Notes: generated by a model not told the origin, from the letters alone. DNA of 64,000 nucleotides from Armatimonadia bacterium (GCA_039683575.1 JBDKRC010000243.1:10955-74954); one strand, 5' to 3'. Counted from the stretch's first letter, positions 1 to 9,476 are shown. A program made the numbers and translations.

Positions 1-392
1 TGGGTCATCGCAGGCCGGAACACCTGTCGCTCGCACGGCACCTCCAACGCCTCGATGCGTGGCACGACCTCGCCACCCTCAAAGTCAGAGAGCCAGCGGC
101 ACCCGGCGTGGCTCTCGAGGAGGTGGTACACCGCGAACAGGACGCTGAGCGCGCAATCGCCCCACAGCGTGACGCGCCCCTCCTCAACCTCCCATCCATA
201 CTCCTCCGCCTCGCCTGGCTCAACCCGCAGCACAATCGCCGATCCGTCGGCCTCTTCCGCTACCTCAAACCACGCCCCGGTAATGATCGCCAGGTACCTT
301 GCCAACTCGTCGGCCGCAAAATCGAGTCCGGCCTCCGCAGGCCGTACAATCCGGAACTCAGTACTACCATCTCTGGCAATGATCATGTGCAT
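1..392 (-). CDS. Partial CDS (5' part, continues past window start). The N-terminal domain resembles DUF4838 / GH20-like domain proteins.
   Basis: Not in the ORF track because it has no stop inside the window. Manual minus-strand translation from ATG at 392 or 386 gives MHMIIARDGSTEFRIVRPAEAGLDFAADELARYLAIITGAWFEVAEEADGSAIVLRVEP... with no stops through to position 1. The E..AA.EL..YL pattern is typical of the N-terminus of DUF4838/GH-like proteins. It lies 45 bp downstream of the glmM stop. Confidence 0.55.
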   Translation of the reverse strand, partial: MHMIIARDGSTEFRIVRPAEAGLDFAADELARYLAIITGAWFEVAEEADGSAIVLRVEPGEAEEYGWEVEEGRVTLWGDCALSVLFAVYHLLESHAGCRWLSDFEGGEVVPRIEALEVPCERQVFRPAMT

Positions 393-405
393 GTCCCTCA
401 GCCCT

Positions 406-455
406 GTCCTATCCTGTCCATCCTGCCGTCATCCTGTCTATCCTGACAAGCTCCC
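406..455. repeat. CAGGAT(G) direct-repeat array. Members of an intergenic family at 406..455, 8076..8121, 24375..24417 and 32766..32806.
   Basis: On the minus strand: GGAGCTTGTCAGGATAGACAGGATGACGGCAGGATGGACAGGATAGG. The CAGGAT spacing is 9/11/9. Related copies end in ATCCTGACAAGC(T/A)C on the plus strand. Confidence 0.7.
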
Positions 456-1787
456 CTGTATCACTCCCGCTACCTCATCCGCCAGGGCCTCGATCTGGTC
501 CGCATCCTCACCCTCGATCATCACCCGCGCCAGTGGCTCTGTGCCGGAGTACCGCACCACGATCCGCCCGCGGCCACCAAGCGTCTCTTCCACCTTCTCC
601 ACCGCCTGCGCGATCCGGGGAAAGTCCGTCAGCGGCGGCTTATCGGCGACCACAATATCACGCGTCGCCTGCGGCAGGATCGTCAGGATCGAGGCCAGTT
701 GCGACAGGGGCTGCCCGCTGGCCGCCATCGCCGCGAGCACCTGCACCGCTGTGATCACGCCGTCGCCAGTGTGGGCGAACTCGCCGAAGATGATATGCCC
801 CGCTTGCTCGCCGCCCAGCACCGCGCCGACTTCCGACATTTTCTCCCACACAAAGCGGTCGCCAACCGGGCTGCGTACGATCTTGATGCCGTGGGGCTCC
901 AGCGTCAGGTCCAGGCCTTTGTTGCCGAGGATCGTCGTGACGATGGTATCTCCAGCCAGGCGCCCCCGCTCATGGAGGTAGAGCCCGCAGATCGTCAGTA
1001 TGAAGTCTCCGTTCAGCACCCGCCCGCGCTCGTCTACCAGTATCGCGCGGTCGCCGTCGCCGTCGTGAGCGATTCCCAGATCGGCCAGATGCGTCGCCAC
1101 GGCGCGCTGCAGGGACTCGGGATGGGTTGACCCGCAGCCCTCGTTGATGTTCAGCCCATCCGGGACCGCATTGATGGCGATGACCTCCGCGCCATACTCC
1201 TCCAGCAGGCGCGGCGTGATGGTTGATTGGGCGCCGTTTGCGCAGTCTACGACCACTGTCAGACCCGACAGATCCAGGTCCCGCGGCGCGGTCTGCCGCA
1301 CGTGCGACAGATAGCGCTCAATCACATTGGTGCGCTCGACGACACGCCCAACCGCCGCCCCCGTCGGGTTCAGGGCCCTGTGGCTCTTCTCGGCATACAC
1401 CTTCTCAATCTCCCGCTCCAGGTCGTCGTCAATCTTCGTGCCGTCGCGGTTGAAGAACTTGATCCCATTGTCGCCCACCGGGTTGTGCGAGGCTGAGATC
1501 ATGACTCCAAGCTGCGCCGACAGCACCCCGGTGAGATGCGAGATAGCCGGAGTGGGCACAATCCCCGCGCGGCACACCGACGTCCCCACCGAGCACAGGC
1601 CAGAGACCAGCGCGCATTCGAGCATATCGCCCGACAGCCGCCCATCCCGGCCGATCAGCACCGTATCGGCGCCGTACTTCCGAAACACATAACCCGCAGC
1701 GCGCCCGAGCCCATAGACCACTTCAGGCGTCATCGGGTACTTGTTGGCCAGTCCGCGAACCCCATCAGTTCCAAAGAGTCGTTCCAT
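438..1787 (-). CDS. glmM: Phosphoglucosamine mutase
   Basis: MERLFGTDGVRG N-terminus, phosphoserine loop SASHNP, and the full-length alpha-D-phosphohexomutase domain order. The tracked ORF begins at a GTG at 1802; I prefer the ATG at 1787, which has an upstream GGTGGA Shine-Dalgarno sequence. Confidence 0.9.
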   Translation of the reverse strand: MERLFGTDGVRGLANKYPMTPEVVYGLGRAAGYVFRKYGADTVLIGRDGRLSGDMLECALVSGLCSVGTSVCRAGIVPTPAISHLTGVLSAQLGVMISASHNPVGDNGIKFFNRDGTKIDDDLEREIEKVYAEKSHRALNPTGAAVGRVVERTNVIERYLSHVRQTAPRDLDLSGLTVVVDCANGAQSTITPRLLEEYGAEVIAINAVPDGLNINEGCGSTHPESLQRAVATHLADLGIAHDGDGDRAILVDERGRVLNGDFILTICGLYLHERGRLAGDTIVTTILGNKGLDLTLEPHGIKIVRSPVGDRFVWEKMSEVGAVLGGEQAGHIIFGEFAHTGDGVITAVQVLAAMAASGQPLSQLASILTILPQATRDIVVADKPPLTDFPRIAQAVEKVEETLGGRGRIVVRYSGTEPLARVMIEGEDADQIEALADEVAGVIQGSLSG

Positions 1788-1839
1788 ACTTCCACCCTTC
1801 ACGCGTAGTGTGGGCGTCTCGCCCGCCTCCCCCGTACCG

Positions 1840-4020
1840 TCATTGTGCCGCCACGCCCTCCTGCGCCATCACAGTTTCTGTCAGCGCCCGCTCCACCAGC
1901 ACCTTGCCGCCCTGTTCAATCTTGATCGCGCCGCCTACCGGTCCCGACGTCGCCAGGGTCACCGTCACCTGTTTGCCCGCCGCCTCAAACCTCAGCACCG
2001 CTTGCCCGTCCCGCGTCTCCACCTTCCCCTCCGTCATCCCCTCCAGCTTATTGTCGCCCACCTGTAGCAGGTGCAGGAAGACATCCTCTGCGCGGGCCGC
2101 CCCCGGCTTTACTTCCAGCCGCCACCGCCCCATCAACTCGGGGACTTCCTTGTACTCAAGCGGCTTGATGCCGGTGTACTCAGCCTTCTTGATCTCCTCG
2201 GCTGGCCCCGCAGTGATCGAATAGTTGACGCCGTCGGCCAGGAACTCTTTGCCCGGCCCACCGACCTTCTCAACAGACGCGTCGCCCGGCAGCAGCGTCT
2301 GGCAGAAGATGCGGCCCTCGCCCTGGTCCGCCCGCGCCACTCGCCCCTGTAGTTGCGGCTCGTTGGCGAAGTGAAGAAGCCACGTTTTGGCAAACTCCGG
2401 CTTCGTGGCCGCTACCCGGTCGAACACCACAAAGTAGTCTGGCATGACGAAGATGAACTGCCGCACCATCTGGCGGCACTTCTCCGCAGAGTACACTGGT
2501 GTCGCGTCCGCGGCCACATACGTGTACAGCGGGTTCGTCTCAAACGCAATGATCTTCGAGCCCACCTGCGAGTTCTGGCCGCCGGGCTGAGCCGTCACCT
2601 TCCCGTTCCAGTACTGCGTTGGCGGCTCTCCAGGCATCTTGATAAGCACGCAGTTGTGCGCTATGGTCTGGGCAAAGTAGTTTTGCAGATTGTCGGTGTT
2701 TCCCTCACGCGTCCCGGTGTCCAGCGCCAGGTAGCCCCGCTTGTACATCACGAAATTGGTCGCATCGAAATGCGTGTGCTGGTTAGTCTTCGCCCCGGCC
2801 GTGAACAGCGCGTAGGTATCCTCCGGCCCGCTCCCTGACCGCATGAACACCTGCCCCATCATCTCAAAGAACCGCGCCGGCGGAAGCTTGCCCGGGTCTT
2901 GCGGCGGTGGGGCCTGCTCAAGCCCCGTCAACAGGAACGGGTAGACACACCAGATGGCGTCGTTGAAGTACTCCGGGAACAGTCCCCCCACATACCCCGC
3001 CAGCGCCGCTGCCTCCGGCTGCGACTGGCCGTAGAAGTGCCGCACATGCGCCATGTGGGTATACATGAGCCAGCGGGACAGACGGTTGTCCTTGTGCGGC
3101 GTGTCCCCGTAGCCGTATTCCAGCAGCCCCGGCAGCACGTTCCACAGCACGTAGTTCGCGAAGGTGGCCAGGTACGGCCACTTCGCCGAGTCATCAATGC
3201 CCGCCGCCGACTTCAGGCAGTGCAGGTAGTTCCACTCGGCCAGCGGGTAGTCGGCGAGGGAATACCCCAACGTAGCCGAGGCCGCCCCGCCGTCGTCGCC
3301 ACACATCTCTGCGCGGTGCGCCAGTAACTTCTGGTAAGTGGTATAGCCCTGCTCGATCAGCTTAGCTGCCGCCGCGTCGTCAATGCCTTCCCCATACAGC
3401 GCCAGCCCTGTGAACAGGGCGAGGTTATCGTCACCATAGTACCCGGTGGCGGGACCCGAGCGATTCTGCCGCTGCAACAGCTTCCCCGTCAGTATCTCGT
3501 TTACGTGCTTGAGGAAGCTCGCGGCCAGCTCCTGGCGTTCCTGGGGCTGCAGGTCATTCCACACCCAGTCCAGCGCACAGAGCCATCCCATGCGGCTGCG
3601 CGCGTACCAGTTCACAGACTTGCCCTGCGCCGTGCAGGCGTGGTAGTAGTCCAGGCTCGCCCACAGCATCTCCCGGATCTTCTGCAGGCTGGCAGCATCC
3701 GAAGTAATGCGGTAGACGAAGGCCTGATTCATGAGCCGGTCGCCATAGTCCCGCGCCTCAAAGCTGCTCCCAGCGCGCGTGGGCGGGCGCTGGATCGCCG
3801 ACCACTCGTACTTCGAGACTGGCAACTCGCCGGCCTTGCGGACCTTCTCAAGCTGCTGCGCCATTACCCCCTCGGCCCGTGCCTTCACCGCGGGCCAGGT
3901 GTCGGCATTGAAGTACAGCCGCGGATGGTCTCGACGGATCTGGCCCAGCCATGGGACCGTCTGCGCTCCCACCTGCGCGCAAAGCCCCAGCAACACCAAC
4001 AGAGCGATTGCTTTGGTCAT
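1840..4020 (-). CDS. Secreted heparinase II/III-like polysaccharide lyase family protein
   Basis: Signal peptide MTKAIALLVLLGLCAQVGAQ, an alpha/alpha toroid N-terminal region, and a C-terminal H.H.D / HFDATNF motif as in the Hepar_II_III family. Start chosen at the ATG at 4020, preceded by GGAAAGGGG; the tracked start at 4044 would overlap a terminator hairpin. Confidence 0.6.
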   Translation of the reverse strand: MTKAIALLVLLGLCAQVGAQTVPWLGQIRRDHPRLYFNADTWPAVKARAEGVMAQQLEKVRKAGELPVSKYEWSAIQRPPTRAGSSFEARDYGDRLMNQAFVYRITSDAASLQKIREMLWASLDYYHACTAQGKSVNWYARSRMGWLCALDWVWNDLQPQERQELAASFLKHVNEILTGKLLQRQNRSGPATGYYGDDNLALFTGLALYGEGIDDAAAAKLIEQGYTTYQKLLAHRAEMCGDDGGAASATLGYSLADYPLAEWNYLHCLKSAAGIDDSAKWPYLATFANYVLWNVLPGLLEYGYGDTPHKDNRLSRWLMYTHMAHVRHFYGQSQPEAAALAGYVGGLFPEYFNDAIWCVYPFLLTGLEQAPPPQDPGKLPPARFFEMMGQVFMRSGSGPEDTYALFTAGAKTNQHTHFDATNFVMYKRGYLALDTGTREGNTDNLQNYFAQTIAHNCVLIKMPGEPPTQYWNGKVTAQPGGQNSQVGSKIIAFETNPLYTYVAADATPVYSAEKCRQMVRQFIFVMPDYFVVFDRVAATKPEFAKTWLLHFANEPQLQGRVARADQGEGRIFCQTLLPGDASVEKVGGPGKEFLADGVNYSITAGPAEEIKKAEYTGIKPLEYKEVPELMGRWRLEVKPGAARAEDVFLHLLQVGDNKLEGMTEGKVETRDGQAVLRFEAAGKQVTVTLATSGPVGGAIKIEQGGKVLVERALTETVMAQEGVAAQ

Positions 4021-4035
4021 GCTGCCCCTTTCCCC

Positions 4036-4071
4036 AAAAAGCATGAGAGCCCTCCCGCAGGAAGGCTCTCA
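4036..4071 (-). terminator. Intrinsic terminator hairpin after the 4101..4406 gene
   Basis: 9-bp stem ATGAGAGCC/GGCTCTCAT with a 12-nt loop, followed on the minus strand by GCTTTTT. Confidence 0.45.
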
Positions 4072-4100
4072 TAAGACCACAACCAGTCGCAAATCTACAA

Positions 4101-4406
4101 CTAGACCAACGCGCCCACGATTTCGTCGTCGTCGGCAACGTTCATCACGCGCACGCCACCGGCCTGCCGGCTGCGGGTCGAGATGTCGTCCACATTGGTC
4201 ATCAGAGCCATACCACCGGCGGTCACCAGCAGTACGCGCTGGCCCTTGCCAGTCTTCACGTGCTCTACGACAGCCACAGTGCCACTGTCCTCTGTAACCT
4301 TGAAGCCACCGACGCCACGGCCGCCGCGACCCTTGGTCGGGAACTCGCTCTCGTCAACAACCTTACCAAAACCCTTCTTGGTTACGATCAGAACTGCTTC
4401 AGCCAT
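4101..4406 (-). CDS. Stand-alone DNA gyrase C-terminal repeat-like (beta-pinwheel blade) small protein
   Basis: PTKGRGGRGVGGFKV followed by a VTAGGMALMTNVDDISTRSRQAGGVRVMNV pattern, as in GyrA/ParC C-terminal repeats. Strong RBS AAAGGAGAC 7 nt before the ATG at 4406. Confidence 0.55.
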   Translation of the reverse strand: MAEAVLIVTKKGFGKVVDESEFPTKGRGGRGVGGFKVTEDSGTVAVVEHVKTGKGQRVLLVTAGGMALMTNVDDISTRSRQAGGVRVMNVADDDEIVGALV

Positions 4407-4539
4407 TTGGTATGTCTCCTTTCCAGATAACCCTACTAGGCCCACATTGTAGACAAAATAGGCCTAAGTGCGCAAGAGGGGCTTCCTGCGGCTTTTCGGC
4501 TGCACCTCCCAGGTGCGCGCCGCCGAGTTTTCACACAAG

Positions 4540-7146
4540 CTACTGCAGCTTCACAACAACAGTGCCCTGAGCGGGGATTTCGAGAGTTAGGACGTCGCCC
4601 GGCGCCGGCACCGGCTCTCCGTTCGGGACTCTCCTGGCCTCGATCCGGCGCAGCCCGAGCGCCTTCTGGTCTACAGTCACCCGCGCCTGCTCCGGGGCCT
4701 CGGAGGGGTTGTGGATCACGAGATAGCGCCCGTAGCGTTCGAGGCGCAATGTGGATGGCAGGACCCTGGCGCAAGTCATCGGCTCCCAGCCGGCGGTGGC
4801 CAGATCGCGGAAGGTCTGAGCGAACCGGGCCATCGTCTCAGGCGTGTTGCCATGTCCCGGGAAGATGCCATGCAACTGATTGCGCTGCAGTTGCCAGTCG
4901 GGGACGGGCTTGTACGGCAGGTCGGTGCAGAGCTTGTGGCGGGCAATCGCGCGCGCAAAGTCCGGGTCGGCGAACTGCGGGGCCTCTGCGCCCAAGACAT
5001 CCAGATACGGCGCGGCGAAGGTCAGCCAACCCGGTGTGGTGCCCCACGAACAGTTGGCCATCAGAACCATGTTTCGTCCGTGCATGTCCTTAGCCAGGTC
5101 GCGAGCGAACTCCACCGAAGAGGTGAACATCGCGATGACCGGTTGCTTGTCCATGGCCGAGAAGGTCAGCGGGGAGTTGACATACTGGAAATTCTCCCGC
5201 CGGTAGTTCACGCGGCTGTACTGCCCGTAGCCGCCGAAAGAGTCCAGCGCAATGCCATCGTAGTGCGCGCCACTCTCCAGCATGCTCTTCAGGCCAGACT
5301 CAATGAAGACCTCGCGGGCAAACCAGCCCTTGCCCTCGGGGATGTCGGGATCGAGGCTGCAGGGGAAGATGAACCCCAGCTGGCTCTCGCCCATCCAGGG
5401 ATACTTGCCGCCTCCTCCGCTCGGGGTGCCGTCAGCCTCGTAGTTGACGGAATTCAGAGTTGCCCGCGAGACCACCTGCATGGCCTCTCGCGGCGAATGC
5501 CGCTTCACCCACCAGGCGGGCACGTAGGAATGGGCGTAGCTGAGCTTCTCGTACTTCGCGAGTTCCTCCGGGTCACCCGCGGCTACCTTGCGTAGTCGCT
5601 CGAGCGCTACACTGAAAGGTGGCAGTGTCTCGTAGTCGCCCATCGTCTGCTGGTAGAATTCCGCCTCGATGTACTGAAGCGCGGTAGCGCCGTTGTCGTT
5701 GTCCCACTTGACGCCTTTCTCCTGCGGGCCCCAGTGCATGCGGAAGCCCGCCTGCAGGGCCTGTGGCATGTCGCGCATGTCACCCCACACGTACCACCCG
5801 CCCTGCTCTTTTACCCGGTTGGTGAAGAACTCGGGGAAGAAGTCGTAGTACCGCTGCAGGGCCGAACGGAAGCCCCAGGCCGGGTCGTGGCGGTAGAGCA
5901 GGAAGCGGAAGGGGGCCTCGCTGAGGGACTGGCCGTGGATGGTCTTGCCCGGCGTGAGGCCGAAGTCCAGGGCGAGGTAGAACAGGCGCAGGGTCGGGAT
6001 GTAGCCAATCCGGTGCACGACGGGTTCATCCATGCGGACACCGAGGCTATAGCCGCTCTTGCCGGGCAGAGAGATGGCGCCGATGGGGTACTTGGAGTGC
6101 TGGCCGTTGAGGCCATAGCCCATGCTGCCCTCAAGGTATGAAAGCTCGCCTTCGGGGCCGGCTTTGGTGCGGCTGGCGGCCACGCTGTCCCACCACTGCC
6201 ACTGGCCCTCCGGCACCGGAAGCGCAAAGTAGAGCGTCACCGCGCGGTCTTCCCGGCGCAGGTCGCGGACAACGCCGCTGATCTCAACGTATGGACCCAC
6301 GTTGCGGTAGACAGCCTCAACGCCCAGTCCGAGCTTGTCTATCCGAGCTGATTGGGCCAGGTCCTTTCCCCGTCGCGTGACGTTCCCGCCGACCATCATG
6401 GGCGGGTCGTCTTGCTGAGCGTCTCTAATCAGCAAGCCGCTGAGCCCTCCGGCGGTATGTCCATCCACGCAGACGCCGCCGGGCTTGCTGAGCCCCAGCG
6501 AGAGGCGGTCGGCTGTGGTGAGCGTCAAGGCGGCTGGAGCGGCCTGGGCTGTGGGCCACGACTGCTTGCCATAGATCTGGGTATCGAAGGCCACCGCCTC
6601 GTCGCCGACACCCTCAAGCTGGGCGACGGCGAACTCCCACTTCAGCGGCACGTTGCCTGCTGCGGGCTGCTCGTACAGGTACATGTCAAGCTGCAGGATG
6701 TTGCTGCGCTGGATTGGGGTCAGCCAGTCGGTGTACTCGACCCAGCGGCCGAGCGGGACACTGTGCTCCACCGACTGCTGCCACATCGGCTTGTCCGCAA
6801 GCTCCGCGTGGCGCTTCTGGTCGTCATAGAAGACGATGGCCAGACGGCGTTTGCGGGTGCTCTCGTCTTCGCTGGTGACGCGCACCTTCAGGCGCAGGCG
6901 GGTGTAGCGGCTCCAATCCTGCGGTGTCTTGAAGGACAGCCGCAGCTTGGGGTAGTCCTCCTCGCCGCCGTTCGGAGTGATCACGGTCGCAAGCGGGGCC
7001 TCAGGGGTCGGCGCGGCCAGATCCATCTTAGTCGTGGGGCGATCTAGGTTCGTCTCCCACTGGTTTGGCGGTGCCAGGAGGTCAACGGTCTGCGCTGAGA
7101 CGAGGGCACTGCAGAGCAAGCTCACAGCCAGCAGGAGGCGGTACAT
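4540..7146 (-). CDS. Large secreted hypothetical protein, possibly a glycoside-hydrolase-like TIM barrel
   Basis: 868-aa ORF with signal peptide MYRLLLAVSLLCSALVSAQ. Coding-like composition and no competing ORF. Function not recognisable by eye. Confidence 0.5.
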   Translation of the reverse strand: MYRLLLAVSLLCSALVSAQTVDLLAPPNQWETNLDRPTTKMDLAAPTPEAPLATVITPNGGEEDYPKLRLSFKTPQDWSRYTRLRLKVRVTSEDESTRKRRLAIVFYDDQKRHAELADKPMWQQSVEHSVPLGRWVEYTDWLTPIQRSNILQLDMYLYEQPAAGNVPLKWEFAVAQLEGVGDEAVAFDTQIYGKQSWPTAQAAPAALTLTTADRLSLGLSKPGGVCVDGHTAGGLSGLLIRDAQQDDPPMMVGGNVTRRGKDLAQSARIDKLGLGVEAVYRNVGPYVEISGVVRDLRREDRAVTLYFALPVPEGQWQWWDSVAASRTKAGPEGELSYLEGSMGYGLNGQHSKYPIGAISLPGKSGYSLGVRMDEPVVHRIGYIPTLRLFYLALDFGLTPGKTIHGQSLSEAPFRFLLYRHDPAWGFRSALQRYYDFFPEFFTNRVKEQGGWYVWGDMRDMPQALQAGFRMHWGPQEKGVKWDNDNGATALQYIEAEFYQQTMGDYETLPPFSVALERLRKVAAGDPEELAKYEKLSYAHSYVPAWWVKRHSPREAMQVVSRATLNSVNYEADGTPSGGGGKYPWMGESQLGFIFPCSLDPDIPEGKGWFAREVFIESGLKSMLESGAHYDGIALDSFGGYGQYSRVNYRRENFQYVNSPLTFSAMDKQPVIAMFTSSVEFARDLAKDMHGRNMVLMANCSWGTTPGWLTFAAPYLDVLGAEAPQFADPDFARAIARHKLCTDLPYKPVPDWQLQRNQLHGIFPGHGNTPETMARFAQTFRDLATAGWEPMTCARVLPSTLRLERYGRYLVIHNPSEAPEQARVTVDQKALGLRRIEARRVPNGEPVPAPGDVLTLEIPAQGTVVVKLQ

Positions 7147-7193
7147 TCGGCATCACCCGGATCATCTGGATTTGACAGCCACAACGGTGGCGG

Positions 7194-7970
7194 CTAGTCC
7201 GGCAGCGTCTCGTCTGCGAGGCGCTTGAGGAACAGCGCCACCACTTCAGCCCATGCCGCCCATGTCTTCTCGCCAAGATCCGCCCGCGCCAGCGACGGAT
7301 CGCCAAAGGCCCCCGTCTCCGTCAGTTCTTGCGTCAGCCACACAAACTCCGGCACGTCCGGCCGCTGTTTGGGCTTCACCATCTTCTCCCGCCGTACCAG
7401 GTGTGGCCGGTCCGCGAGCGTCTCCGAGGTCTCCCAGCGGGCCGCATGGATGCCCGGCTGCCCCTCGGAGGGCTCGTCCTTCCAGATCTCCGGCGAGCGC
7501 TTCGCAAACTCCTGGTCACGGTGCCCGCGGAAGAGCGCGATGCGGAGTGCCTGCGTGTCCGCAAACTCCGCCACGATCTTCTCCATCCCCAGGTGCAGAG
7601 CTGGCTCATTCCCACCATGGCCGCTGACCACAGCTATCCTGCGGAACCCATGCCGCACCACGCAGCGCAGAATGTCGGCGATTGCCGCGACATACGTTTC
7701 GGGCTGGAAGCTGATCGTCCCGGTGAAGCGCATGTGGTGCAGCGCCAGCCCAAACGGCAGCGGCGGCAGCACGACGCACCGGATGCCAAACGCGTCCAGC
7801 GCCGCCTGTGCGCCGTCCATCGCCACTTTTTCCGCAATCCGGATGTCAGTGTCCAGCGGCAGCATCGGGCCATGCTGTTCCATGGATCCAAACGGCACCA
7901 CCGCAATGGCCCCGGCCTTCGCCGCCTCCCCCAACTCTTCCCAGGTATGTTCGCCCCAAAGCAGACTCAT
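7194..7970 (-). CDS. Creatininase-family amidohydrolase
   Basis: GSMEQHGPMLPLDTD motif and overall length typical of the creatinine amidohydrolase family (PF02633). Confidence 0.8.
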   Translation of the reverse strand: MSLLWGEHTWEELGEAAKAGAIAVVPFGSMEQHGPMLPLDTDIRIAEKVAMDGAQAALDAFGIRCVVLPPLPFGLALHHMRFTGTISFQPETYVAAIADILRCVVRHGFRRIAVVSGHGGNEPALHLGMEKIVAEFADTQALRIALFRGHRDQEFAKRSPEIWKDEPSEGQPGIHAARWETSETLADRPHLVRREKMVKPKQRPDVPEFVWLTQELTETGAFGDPSLARADLGEKTWAAWAEVVALFLKRLADETLPD

Positions 7971-8126
7971 GGGTTGCTCCCTACCCTACAGATCGCAGTT
8001 CATTTCGGGATTCCGGCATGCGGAGCATGCCTACCACGCGTAGAAATGGGTCTCTGCGCCTAACCATCCCTACCTTCATCCTGTCCACCCCGTCGTCATC
8101 CTGTGCATCCTGACAAGCTCCTGCCG

Positions 8127-9476
8127 TCAGTACCCCAACCCCGTCTTCCCTAGCGTCTCCGTGCTGACGGTCCCGTCAACCACCTTGAACAGGCTCTCAT
8201 GCCGCGCCTGAACGTCCTGCTGCTCGAACGGGATGAACTGCCGCGCGTTGTACTCAAACCCCATCAGGGTATCAATCCGCGCCGCAAAGCCCGCCTCGTG
8301 CACCAGCGACAGGCCGGGGTTGGTGAGGTCCTGGAAGGTCAGCACCAGACCCTTCTCCTTCGCCTTGGCCACGTACAGCATGGCCGAAGAGTGGCCCTTG
8401 CAGGTCTTCAGGCCCACGCCCGACCAGCCAAGCTCAATCGCGAGGTCCATCCGCTCCACATCCGTCACGCCCTCATCCACCACCACGGGCTTCAGCGCCG
8501 AGACCGCGCTAAGATCATAGCGGTGCACCGTCAGGTCGCGCTCGGTCGGCTGCTCGAGGTACAGTAGCGCCTCATAGGCCATCGGCGACCGCTCCTGCAG
8601 CCGGTGGAGGTACTCCACAACCGACTCGGGGTTCGGGTTCATCTCATTGCTATCGGTGGACAGGTAGAACTTGTCGGTGATGCCCAGCCGCGCGTAGGTG
8701 GCCTTGATGACCTCCGCCACCTGGGCGGTGCGCTCGACGTCCCAGTCGTTGTCATTGCCCCGCAGCTTCACCTTGAAGCACCGGATGCCGTCGCGCTCGA
8801 TCCATTCTTCCAGACTGACGGGCAGCCCGTCCTGCGGGTCCTGATCGGTTACTTCGCCCCGGGTGAGCTTGTCCACCCCGCCGACGAGGTGGAAGATCGG
8901 CAGCCGTGGCTTGAAGGAAGGGTGGAGGTAGGCGTCGGGGTACTTGCCGAAGAACTCCGGCCCGCACCACTGCGATAGGTCATAGTTCATGAAGTCCCCG
9001 CCATAGCCGTCGTAGCTGCTGAGGCAGTTGGCATTCCCAAAAGCGTCCGTCAGCGCCGCATCCACCGGCGAGGCGCACACCAGCGCCCCCAGAATCGGCA
9101 TTGGCTCGGCCAGCCCCAGCTCCCGGTCCACGCTCGCAGCGATCTCCTTCAGGTGCGGCTTGGCCTCCAGGTACAGCTCCATGGGATGCCCGTAGCGGGC
9201 ATTTTCGAGCATGAACTTGCAGAACTCCTCGGCCACCCGCCGCATGGCCCTATCGCGCTCCTCATGCCCCACAACCTGCGACGGGAAGCCCCAGAGATCG
9301 GACAGGAGGATGTTGCCAAGCCCCTCCCCGCGCTTGCCCGCCCGCGTCTCCACCACCACTCGGCAGACCATGTTGGTAATAGCCGAGACGATCCCGCTCC
9401 CAAACTTCAATGGGACACGAAAGGTCGCGTCATTGAAGATAGGTTCGATTTCGAGCAGTTTGATGTCAGTAAGCAT
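8127..9476 (-). CDS. Enolase-superfamily protein (mandelate racemase / muconate lactonizing enzyme-like dehydratase)
   Basis: Spacing of metal-ligand residues in ...STDSNEMNP...LEQPTERD...VVDEGV.... Start chosen at MLTDIKLL (9476), which has a GGAG 5 nt upstream. Confidence 0.55.
   Translation of the reverse strand: MLTDIKLLEIEPIFNDATFRVPLKFGSGIVSAITNMVCRVVVETRAGKRGEGLGNILLSDLWGFPSQVVGHEERDRAMRRVAEEFCKFMLENARYGHPMELYLEAKPHLKEIAASVDRELGLAEPMPILGALVCASPVDAALTDAFGNANCLSSYDGYGGDFMNYDLSQWCGPEFFGKYPDAYLHPSFKPRLPIFHLVGGVDKLTRGEVTDQDPQDGLPVSLEEWIERDGIRCFKVKLRGNDNDWDVERTAQVAEVIKATYARLGITDKFYLSTDSNEMNPNPESVVEYLHRLQERSPMAYEALLYLEQPTERDLTVHRYDLSAVSALKPVVVDEGVTDVERMDLAIELGWSGVGLKTCKGHSSAMLYVAKAKEKGLVLTFQDLTNPGLSLVHEAGFAARIDTLMGFEYNARQFIPFEQQDVQARHESLFKVVDGTVSTETLGKTGLGY

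Noticed and set aside
5-235. 76-aa minus-strand ORF at the window start
   Set aside because: A different minus-strand frame gives an uninterrupted, protein-like translation with a DUF4838-type N-terminus from 392 to the window edge. The tracked ORF is the wrong frame.
55-981. 308-aa plus-strand ORF, and similar overlapping ORFs (699..1130, 3505..4074, 4711..5595, 6352..7047, 21534..22451, 23180..24076, 45441..46511, 60840..61931 and others)
   Set aside because: All are antisense or out-of-frame shadows of long, motif-supported genes. High GC suppresses stop codons in non-coding frames.
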